The notes under the pieces: generated by a model
The model's input: only the letters and a program-made list of their open reading frames with translations
Databases searched by the model: none
What the model was told of the DNA's origin: nothing
In this document: one piece after another, positions 9,190 through 17,414 of the stretch
Layout of the letters: the number at the start of each line of letters is the position of its first letter
Numbering within the stretch: position 1 is the stretch's first letter
Made by a program: the position numbers and the translations under genes
Source of the DNA: an uncultured Nitrososphaerales archaeon
Lineage (GTDB): Archaea; Thermoproteota; Nitrososphaeria; Nitrososphaerales; Nitrososphaeraceae
Direction of reading: 5' to 3'
DNA length: 17,414 nt
NCBI GenBank assembly: GCA_963709405.1
Contig: CAVPXM010000032.1
Span: 1 to 17,414, forward strand

Positions 9190-9765
9190 GGTTTCAAAGC
9201 CTTCATAGACTCTACAGAACAGGAGATTCCAAGACCTAAGAACAAGAGAGAGAAAGAGTTACTATTCAGGTAAAAAGAGGAAACGTACTGTCAAGACATA
9301 ATTGATGGTTAATACTGAAGGTTTGATATACCGTAAGACAGATCACAGGAATGGAAGAAAACATGATTATGACATTTACAAACACAATCATCTTATAACT
9401 CCATCACAAGTTGACAACACAGTTGATCTTGGTTATCTTGGTATTGAAACGGACTTTCCCAGTGAAGTCTGTACTTCCTATTGAGAAGAAAAAGAATACT
9501 TGCTTTCAAATAGTGAAAGAACTTATAACAAGAATCGCTCTAAGCTTAGAGTTATAATTGAACATACTACTATATGCAAGATCAAGAAGTTTGGAATAAT
9601 GGGCACTAAGTTCAAAAGCAGATTAAGAAGGTACAATAACATATCTGATATTGTGTCCGGCTTACTGAACTTCAGAGTTATGCAGTCTAGCAGGATTTCA
9701 CTCTAGGAAAAGAGTTAGGGTTTGTAGTGTAAATAGATCATAGCGGCTAATTACGCAAGACATCT
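9190..9765 (+). mobile_element. IS5-family (ISL2/IS702-like, DDE_Tnp_4) remnant, 5'-truncated and degraded
   Basis: Across frames: FKAFIDSTEQEIPRPKNK..YYSGKKRKRTVKT*LMVN..GRKHDYDIYK..VDLGYLGI..YNKNRSKLRVIIEH..KKFGIM. The D, D, E catalytic motifs are visible; there is one stop and several frameshifts. Probable right end TTACGCAAGACATCT at 9751-9765. Confidence 0.88.
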
Positions 9766-9802
9766 GTTACATATCTCTAAACCTAATACAAATCAGTCCT
9801 AC

Positions 9803-10648
9803 CTACAGTTTGGATATGCCAATCATTGTGAGGATTCCATGTTGATGTGCACTCAATAACTGTCCAACTATTGCTAGCTCTGAGATTGCGGTTTGCCTAT
9901 CGCCACCTTTTAAATCATCGAGTGATTGTTTGAGATGCGATCTAGTATTGTTAAAGATGGAATTTATAAAATCAATCATTGATAGTTGATGTTGATATAA
10001 TTGATCACTTGCAATATTCAAGTCTGAAAGTGCTTTTTGAGTATAGCCAGCATTAACAGCCTCGTTGGCATCTAACAAATGGGCTTCTAAAGAGTTGAAT
10101 GTGGAATTCATCTCTCCGCTCATGGGCAGTTTCATTTCCATCATCCCTTGTTGGTGTTGAATCTTGAGTTGTCCTGCCATATTCAATTCCGAAATAGCCT
10201 TCTCTGCATTACCTGAGTTTATTGCATCCTCAGCTGCAGCCAAATGAATTCTGGACGACTGAAGAATAGGATTAGAGAGAACATCCAGAGCAGATAACTC
10301 ATATTGCTCTATTTTAGTTTTTAAAGCGTTCAAGTTTGAAAGTGCATCTTTTGTATTATTCATATTTATGTCATTTAGAACCTGCGCTAAAATACTCCGA
10401 GTCGATTTAATAGTAGATATTAAGACTGTAGTGGCATTATTACATAATTGTTGTTGCCTATCCTGAACAGGCTGCAAACTTTCATTATTATAAAATGCAG
10501 ATGGTCTACTACTAATATCAAGCCCATATACAGATTTAGAGGTAATCGTCATAGTTGTTAATTGACATATCAGTAATATTGTTGTGCCAGCAATAGATGT
10601 AATCAATATTTTGGATTTATGATTCATAAATAATTTATACAATCTCAT
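9803..10648 (-). CDS. Exported/membrane-anchored protein with four helical-hairpin repeats
   Basis: Basic + hydrophobic N-terminus ending SVYG (signal-peptide-like); four roughly 48-55-aa repeats (HL..A..A.N.G...KA.S.L......L..HQ). Start may be ATG 10627, which has a TTTATTAA element about 25-30 nt upstream. Confidence 0.85.
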   Translation of the reverse strand: MRLYKLFMNHKSKILITSIAGTTILLICQLTTMTITSKSVYGLDISSRPSAFYNNESLQPVQDRQQQLCNNATTVLISTIKSTRSILAQVLNDINMNNTKDALSNLNALKTKIEQYELSALDVLSNPILQSSRIHLAAAEDAINSGNAEKAISELNMAGQLKIQHQQGMMEMKLPMSGEMNSTFNSLEAHLLDANEAVNAGYTQKALSDLNIASDQLYQHQLSMIDFINSIFNNTRSHLKQSLDDLKGGDRQTAISELAIVGQLLSAHQHGILTMIGISKL

Positions 10649-11109
10649 ATTAATAAAAATTCGTTATTAATGTGGAATTCAATAATAAATTTTTTATGGA
10701 TATTATGATAATTCATTGCAAGATCAGTTGATCTTATGCAAACAAAAACTAACGACAATTAAATGATAGTTGAGGCACCTCTACATTTTCTCGTGATTAT
10801 GATGTAAAAATATTATAATCATCAACTTCCACATCCACGCACAAAAACACGCACAAGAGGTTAGCATAACATACCAAATTTGAAAATTAATCTGGCAAAA
10901 ATCAGATAAATATATTGAGTCAAAAGATCAAAATAATACAAAAATATCTTCTCTGAGGTTGATTAAACAGGAGAATTAATAATTCTACCAATTAGCAAAC
11001 TATTTGTAACCAACAAGCACTGCAGAAAAAATGAGATATGGTTTCTTGGTTTCTTACTCCAGAATAGATTCCAGTAGATGAAAAGATAATATTCAGATTG
11101 ATAGTCAGT

Positions 11110-11581
11110 CTAACCTCTTTTCTTGCAGTAATTTTCTAACCTACCCAAGAAATAAGTCCAACCTTCATTATGCTCTTTGAACATCTTTTCTCCAGCTTTA
11201 AAGCCTGTATGAATCAGCTTTAGTTTGGTCTTGTTTTCATCGATCTTTTCTCAGCTCCCATGTAACAACGGTTTTCGGAAAATCGGGTATGGTCAAATGT
11301 TCCCATGTATATGAGATCTTCTTGTTTGGTGTGATTTCAACAATAACTCCCTCAGGAAAAAAATCCATATTTTTGTGTGCATTAGGATCTTTAAAAAAAC
11401 TGAACTTCATTTTTCCTCCAACCCTAGGTTCTAAAATAGCTTGGTCTGGAAACCAATTTGTTAGCTCGCGTGGATCAGTAATGGCTTTAAAAACGATTTC
11501 TGGGGAAGCATCAATAATTATCGTCTTCTTTATTTCTACCAAATCTTGTTCTTCCTGTCCTCCTTCCTTTGTTGTTGACAT
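11110..11581 (-). pseudogene. SRPBCC/AHA1-like (START superfamily) protein, one-base insertion near 11253
   Basis: IKKTIIIDASPEIVFKAITDPRELTNWF..EPRVGG..TVVTWEL; the shifted frame continues EKIDENKTKLKLIHTGF..EHNEGWTYFLGRLENYC to a stop at 11110. Confidence 0.9.
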
Positions 11582-11596
11582 GTATATGCTAACAGA

Positions 11597-11638
11597 ATAT
11601 AATATTTAAATAGTTCTATAACTATATAATATTTAAAT
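11597..11638. promoter_or_regulatory. Compact divergent promoter/operator between SRPBCC and ArsR genes
   Basis: 15-bp direct repeat ATATAATATTTAAAT (11597-11611, 11624-11638) around inverted repeat ATAGTT-CTAT-AACTAT (11610-11625) in a 58-bp intergenic gap. Confidence 0.6.
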
Positions 11639-11639
11639 T

Positions 11640-11969
11640 ATGGGTTCTCCTTGGAAGGCACTGTCTGACGATAATAGAAGAGAAATACTACTGTTATTAG
11701 GAAAGAAAGATAATATGATTCCGACAGAAATAGCTGAGCACTTTAGATCTACTTTACCCACGGTCTCAATTCAACTCCGTATACTAAAGGAGGCAGATTT
11801 GATAGCAGAAAGAAAACAGGGCAAAAACAGATTTTATTCGTTAAATAGAAAGAAATCCCTGAAGCTAGTCGAATTCTTTGAGGAGATGTATGACTATAAC
11901 CTAAATTCACTAAAAGAATATGTAGAGAATAAGGAGAAGAAAAAGAAGAAAAATGAAGGTTCATTTTAA
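11640..11969 (+). CDS. ArsR/SmtB-family HTH regulator (SdpR-like)
   Basis: WKALSDDNRREILLLL..PTEIAEHF..TLPTVSIQLRILKEADLI..RKQGKNRFYSLN; no Cys metal box. Confidence 0.92.
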   Translation: MGSPWKALSDDNRREILLLLGKKDNMIPTEIAEHFRSTLPTVSIQLRILKEADLIAERKQGKNRFYSLNRKKSLKLVEFFEEMYDYNLNSLKEYVENKEKKKKKNEGSF

Positions 11970-12383
11970 GAACGATGTGATTTCTCATTTATTAGAATTG
12001 ACCAATGGTCGTTATGCAATAAAACAAAATCTACCCTTCAAACGCTATTTTTGTTGATTCAATAGTGTAAAGGAATACTAGAAATTTATTATAAGAAAGC
12101 ATTTAATAGCATTAATCTCATATTCATACTTCTGATAGAATAGTTACCAAATTGGTATATATTTCAATGTGTCTAGATGGAAATTCCTGCTGATTAATCC
12201 GTATTTTCAATATTGAGCCACGTGAATCATCAGCAATCACCATATATTCTGATTTTATTTAAAGCCATCTTTGAATAGCCCTTCTTGCAATTCTAATATT
12301 CAAGATTTAGGTTATATAGAGCAATTTTATACTTGTAACAATTGATATCGTGAAGCGAGCAGTGTAGAGCTTTCTGGAACGCA

Positions 12384-12920
12384 TCATAACATTATCCAGT
12401 TTATTATATCATTTATCAGTCTCTCTCTGTAATAGTTCATTAATAGAGCCGAAGTTATCCAAATGCTGAAAAATGCCATAAAGGAAGAGATTCTATAGGT
12501 ATTCTCTAATAATACATATTTACCGCCAGTTATATCTCCAGAACTTCCAATATATTCTCCAGCGTGAGATGGCCTATCGCTGACCTTGGCACTTGTAAAA
12601 GCGGCCGTCATGATTAAGTTAAACGCTATTATTAACATCGATATAAAATACAAAAAGTTGATAAGACTATGGTTTGATCTATACCAGGACAAAAACAGCA
12701 GAGATAACCGTATTAACAGAGCTGCTGCTATTCCATCAGCTAATCGTAATTATGGAAATACTGATTAGTGTATCATAGTAGTTATTCTAGAACTGCTGGA
12801 AAATCAAAAGGCCTATCAAAGCTGCCTAATATACATAGCGAAGTTAACGAAATTACATAGAAAGCCTTAGCCTTTAATGTCTTATCTAGTCGAGCTACTT
12901 TAATTGAACTTTACATATTT
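12384..12920 (-). pseudogene. Degraded fragment of a multi-pass membrane protein
   Basis: ORF 12384-12692 has two TM-like segments; hydrophobic coding-like sequence continues upstream through stops and frameshifts; no convincing start or end. Boundaries approximate. Confidence 0.55.
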
Positions 12921-13259
12921 TAATTTGTTGTTATGTTGTGATGTATATGGCATTATGTCCTATTTGTAAAAAAAAATTGAGTGAACATTCCGAGTTGCAA
13001 GATAAAATATGCAAAATGATCATGATAAAACAGTTTGCAAACAACTCTCCTGGTTATGATGTTCAGTTTAGACCTTTCTTCGAAGAATAAGAACGTAACT
13101 TTGTTAAAGCAGATCCCACGACATTACTATCCTAGCCATGAGCAATGGAGATGTAGAAACATCATGTTGAATTTATCAATAAAAAGCGTGCCAAGTGAAA
13201 CGCATGGATCGGTAGTCAATTACCTCGGCCTTTAATAGTGGAGGAAGATATGCTTCCGT

Positions 13260-14194
13260 ATGAAAGTTGGACTGTTCTTACCGCAAGTTGGTGAGCATGC
13301 TACGAGAGATAACAATCTCCACGTTGCTAAGGAAGCAGAAAAAGAAGGTATTGATTCAGTTTGGGTATTAGATCGCCTACTATGGCCACTTTAAACCACA
13401 GACGCCGTATGTAGCCACTCCTGACGGTTCTGTGCCTGTTGATTTTCAGAACGTACTTGACCCACTCACTACACTGACATATGTTGCTGGTGTTACCGAA
13501 CGAATTTCTTTAGGAACATCAGTAATCGATATGTTCTTTCAAAACCCAGTTGTGTTGGGAAAAAGATTTACTACACTTGACGTTCTCTCCGATGGAAGAT
13601 CTATTGCTGGATTGGGTATAGGTTGGTCAAAAGATGAATATGAAGTCTCAGGCATTCCTTATAAAGACAGAGGTATCGTGAGCTGACGAATATCTTCGAG
13701 CGTTGAGAAAAATATGGACCGATGATATTGTAGAATTTAAGGGTCAATTTTACAATATACCTGCCTCTAAGATAGGACCTAAACCCTTGCAAAAACCCCA
13801 TCCCCCGATAATACTAGGCGGGTACAGTCCAAAGACTTATTCACGTATAGTAAACTATGCAAACGGATGGATAGGCGTTGCTGGTTTTGGTCCGTTAGAT
13901 CAGATAGAGCAGGCGATAAACGGTTTGAAAGAAGGTGCAAGAAAGGCCGGTAAGGATCCCTCGAAGGTTGGTATCTATATTGGTTCATTTCCAAATGTAC
14001 TAGAATCTCCACCTTCCTCCAATCAAACCAGAGCACCGATGACAGGTACCATTGAACAAATTGGAAGTGATATTGAGCAAATTAAGGCAATGGGTACAGA
14101 TCATATAATCTTTGGTCTCATGTTTTCTTCCATAGGAAGGGATATGAGAAAGATGGTTGAAGTAACAAAACAGCTTGGTAGATTTGCCAGATGA
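13260..14194 (+). pseudogene. LLM-class (luciferase-like) probable F420-dependent oxidoreductase, two +1 frameshifts (about 13391 and 13678)
   Basis: ATG 13260 MKVGLFLPQVG..AKEAEKEGIDSVWVLDRLLWP; then LDPLTTLTYVAGVTERISLGTSV..GLGIGWSKDEYE; then ADEYLRALRKIWT..FKGQFY..GPKPLQKPHPPIILGG..YANGW. Confidence 0.92.
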
Positions 14195-14270
14195 AGAAAA
14201 GAGATTTTATTCTCATAACTATGAGTTGGGATGCCAGTTAATGTAAGTGATGTAAAATTCGACTTAGAGC

Positions 14271-14749
14271 CTATCCCAAAATTATCCTCCTGTAAATAAG
14301 AATGCAACAACCCAAACATACTAACGCAAAATAGTTTTCTAATTTCTTTTCATATCTAACCAAAAGTTTTCTGAGCCTGTTGTGCCAGGAGTTGGTTCTT
14401 TCAACGACCCATCTTCTGGAACTATGATGATGGGCTCTCCTGAATGCTGATATAGACTTCCTACATCTATGTCGAATGTGTGGGTGATATCCTTTCTTGA
14501 TAACGCCATTCTCAATCTCCGGAAAATCATATCCTTTATCGAGATAAAGATTCTGTTTCTCTTCATACGTCTTATAAGACGGTCTTTTAACTACCATATT
14601 GTTCAGCGTGCTAATAGCAGCCTTCATATCATGTGTATTAGCTGCAGTTACAACAACAGATAATGGAATACCTTGTCCATCAGTTAATACATGACGTTTT
14701 GTTCCTAACTTACCTCTGTCTGTGGGATTAGGTCCAGTCATTTCCCCCC
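14271..14749 (-). CDS. IS5 transposase OrfB (DDE domain), reached by a -1 shift at GGGGGGAAA
   Basis: TGPNPTDRGKLGTKRHVLTDGQGIPLSVVVTAANTHD..LDKGYD..RWVVERTNSWHNRLRKLLVRYEKK; the stop codon lies within the TIR. Confidence 0.9.
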
Positions 14750-15106
14750 TAAAGGTGCCTTTATACATACACTATCAAGAGATTGCCATCTCTATTGGAT
14801 GCCTACTATACCATCATATACTTTTAGCAATCTAGTCCATAATCTTTGAAATATCTTAGATATAGACCATTCCTGGAATCTCCTATGACATGTCGAACCC
14901 GAACCAAATTCCTGTGGCAGCATCTTCCACTGACATCCGGTTCTTAAGACATACAAAATACCATCCAGTACCTTCCTAAATGATACTGCTGGACGTCCGA
15001 TTGTATTATCTAGCTTCTCTGGTGGAAGTATAAACCTTATCTCATCCCATAACTCATCTGGGACTCTTTTGATAGTTGGAACGTACCTGATTCTGTCGTA
15101 AGCCAC
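14738..15106 (-). pseudogene. IS5 transposase OrfA (DUF4096-like) with premature TAG at 14792-14794
   Basis: VPDELWDEI..GRP..RKVLDGILYVLRTGCQWKMLPQEFGSGSTCHRRFQEW; the frame continues past TAG as RWQSLDSVCIKAPLGGK to TGA at 14738. Confidence 0.88.
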
Positions 15107-15354
15107 ACTTATGAGCAGGACAATCTCTAGCTATATGTCTATCTATTTTTGGGATGGGCTCTATGTCCATTTATCATATTCTATGCTCTGTTGCATCTAT
15201 ACTGATAATCTCTCATTTTAGAGAATATTTATAATTTCGAATGCCGCACATCATATTAGAAGACACATTTTCAGATATAATTACAATGGATTTGATTTAT
15301 TGTCCGATATAGCCTGTTTTGGATGGAGTACGGATATGAGAGTCAGTTATCTAC

Positions 15355-15560
15355 CTATGATTTAGCCAACATATTGTACAAGTGCGCATTTTCTGTCTTT
15401 TAGTTTTTCGAGACTTATTGGCAGATAACCATTCCTCTTTGCAGAATTAATATTATATTTGATCATATAATTAGGATTAAACTGCAGTCGCCTTAACTGG
15501 CTGCATTGATCCAGCCAATTCTTTATCGTACCAGAAGCCTGTTCAGTCGAATGGTTTGTA
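15355..15560 (-). pseudogene. C-terminal fragment of a PriX-like primase-associated helical domain
   Basis: EQASGTIKNWLDQCSQLRRLQFNPNYMIKYNINSAKRNGYLPISLEKLK, continuing after one extra base as TENAHLYNMLAKS*; resembles thaumarchaeal PriX-domain proteins as recalled; upstream part absent. Confidence 0.65.
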
Positions 15561-16209
15561 TAACGATTCCAAATGAAGTATCTCACAAGGATACTAATGA
15601 ATAACCATAATAGTCTTTATCATGTGTCAAAAGCCTCAACAAATGGTTTACCTCTAGGCTGATTACCAAACAATGGCCCCCCGTATTTGTTCCGCTATTC
15701 GCCCGTCTATTCAAATCTATCGTAAAATCTTTATGACAGCCAAGGTGTGGGATGACATATTTCTGGGCTGAGTCCGCAGTCGTGTATATATTCTCGTGCT
15801 ACTGGAGATACCTGGTGATTATGGATTAAAACAGTAGCACCAATTTAATTGGTACATGTTACCAGATTGAAAAACTATAGTATTTTGTTTCAATTTACTT
15901 AAATATTAGACTATTGCTGCAACTCCTACAAACATTAGTATCAACATCAGCTGTTGTTCTTTCTTCTTCTTGTTACGACATACTGTACTGTACTCAATCA
16001 AATTCAACTCCAAGTGAGGTTGCTGATGATTCTGCGACATGGTTTAACAGATCAGATATGTATTCCTTCATGTCTTACCTTATTTCCGTGATGCACTTAT
16101 ATCCTCGTGTGGCTCACTTGATACTTATAATAAGAGATTAGTATTAGCCATATTCACATGTTACTTAATATTACTATTTTTGATCCTTGTGACACTATTA
16201 TTATCATAT

Positions 16210-16461
16210 TTTCCGGCTGTGACTCTCGGCTCCTTTAATACTAATATCATTGCAGGCATATGTATGCTCCCAAGAGCCAATCCTATTAATCCCCTCATGA
16301 AATCCTACTCCAAAACCAACAACTGATTCTAGAATGATTAGTTTATTCTTATTGAGCAAAAAAGTTCTTGTTCTTCCTTGACATTTTTCACACCCTGTCA
16401 ATTCATAACATCCACGAATAAGACAGTATCTAGACTGCCATACTAAAGTTATTCCTAGCAT
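16210..16461 (-). pseudogene. Degraded fragment of a TauE/SafE-family sulfite exporter
   Basis: With one frameshift near 16302: KLIILESVVGFGVGF-MRGLIGLALGSIHMPAMILVLKEPRVTAG, matching the TauE pattern GF.GGL.G..GG...P......P..A.GT. Confidence 0.55.
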
Positions 16462-16599
16462 ATTCTTGAGCAGATATATCTCAGATATTTTCTTGTACCT
16501 GGATTAATAGAACATCATCTCATAAATATTCGATGCTGTTGACTAGCCATGGCTTTCCAGTTAATATCAATAGAGATTTGAGCGTGATTTTCTTTAATA

Positions 16600-17414
16600 T
16601 CATCTAGAAGAACTTGAATAGTAGTTGTACTTGTATTCAATGAACTCGTATTTGCTCCTATATTGGAGGCAGCAGTAGTATTAACATAGGAATGTGAGTC
16701 CAGAATGAGCCTCAAGCCACCCATACAAATCTGCCAAAATATATTGTTGTATAGGTCCAATTGCAGTCGACCACTGAGATGAAGGATAGAATACATGTCC
16801 AAGATTTGGATATGTTATCAATGTATGGTCAGGATGATTTACTTCAGTCAGTCTTTGTTGCAGGAGAAATGCTTGTTGAACAGGAGTTTGAGAATCGTTT
16901 TCTCCATTGAGTAGTAGGATACTTGTAGATTTAGAGACATTACCAATAATACTCAAATTCGGTATCAGGCTAAAGTGACGATCTTAACCAATATAGGACA
17001 TATCGAAATGCTCTGGCATTTAGAGCAAATTGAATGCTGTGATATTTTCATATGCCTTTCATCAGCAGAGGGTTAAGTTGTTTATCAATGCTTATGGAAT
17101 CATTCGTACCAAACTCCTTTGCTAGAGTATTAGTTATGACTTTAGTATCATTAGCAATCAAGAACGGTTTTGGCAATAACATAGGTAATAATGCTAGGAT
17201 CCTTTGCTACTTGCTGAATTGATATCAATCCTGTGTGATTTTTATCCAAAACTTGAGTGGCGTGCACTCTACTGGCAAGACTACATCTTGATAAAACTCT
17301 AAATCTAGACCATTCTGAGCGACAGTCCCCATAAGTACAATATTCTTAACTTTTGTCGAGTTGTCGATTGCAACTCTTGGGGCAATTAATTGTACCTTCG
17401 CTATGACCAATGGA
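16600..17414 (-). pseudogene. Alpha/beta-hydrolase (serine hydrolase), 3' part, multiple frameshifts; 5' end outside window
   Basis: IGHSEGT nucleophile elbow at about 17391-17411, IAPRVA..VKNIVLMG, ILLLNGENDSQTP (Asp), ITYPNLGHVF (His), then a Ser/Thr/Asn-rich tail. The ORFs 17225-17410, 16681-16956 and part of 16515-16802 are pieces of it. Confidence 0.88.

Larger units (their letters stand above)
14267..15161 (-). mobile_element. Full-length IS5-family element (IS427-like), 895 bp, 15-bp TIRs, TA target duplication
   Basis: GAGCCTATCCCAAAA (14267-14281) versus the reverse complement of TTTTGGGATGGGCTC (15147-15161): 14/15 match; TA at 14265-66 and 15162-63; encloses a two-ORF transposase. 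Confidence 0.93.

Noticed and set aside
14224-14234. TTGGGATG resembling the IS terminal repeat
   Set aside because: Only 8 bp match; insufficient for a second IS end.
633-14663. Shadow ORFs such as 633-866, 1383-1571, 2049-2273, 2798-3004, 6671-6892, 6772-6981, 8727-9026, 11289-11609, 11749-11988, 12586-12768, 13601-13801, 13779-14036, 14101-14319, 14339-14566, 14469-14663
   Set aside because: They overlap better-supported genes in other frames or strands and show no motifs.
14792-14794. In-frame TAG as pyrrolysine or programmed read-through
   Set aside because: A TGG-to-TAG transition explains it; no pyl genes in the window and Pyl is not established for this lineage.
7512-16141. Short ORFs 7512-7700, 13035-13235 and 15914-16141
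   Set aside because: Non-ATG starts, no motifs and no supporting signals.
16204-16461. Cys-rich ORF as a zinc-finger protein
   Set aside because: Better explained as a mosaic of frames from a degraded TauE gene.

Overview
AT-rich archaeal chromosomal region. Gene content (Pth2, PriX-like fragment, F420-type LLM oxidoreductase, CBS pair, IS5 elements, exported and membrane hypotheticals) is most consistent with a soil ammonia-oxidising archaeon (Nitrososphaeraceae); this is inference. It is an accessory patchwork of unrelated small genes: a split metallophosphoesterase, a frameshifted pth2, a PadR regulator divergent from an unannotated 50-aa CCG/coiled-coil protein with two shared operator-like palindromes, a 5'-truncated pyrophosphatase, a CBS protein, an IS5 (ISL2-like) remnant, an exported four-repeat helical protein with regularly spaced His pairs, a divergent ArsR/SRPBCC pair, a frameshifted LLM oxidoreductase, a full-length IS5 (IS427-like) element with TIRs and TA duplication, PriX-like and TauE-like remnants, and the 3' part of an alpha/beta-hydrolase. 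Many genes are broken by single-base indels, mostly insertions, which could be long-read error or real decay. Several short tandem duplications are present. No rRNA, tRNA or CRISPR array was seen. The best candidates for undescribed biology are the PadR(CC)/small CCG protein module (6480-7045) and the His/Met repeat exported protein (9803-10648). All family assignments are from motif recognition by eye, not database searches.
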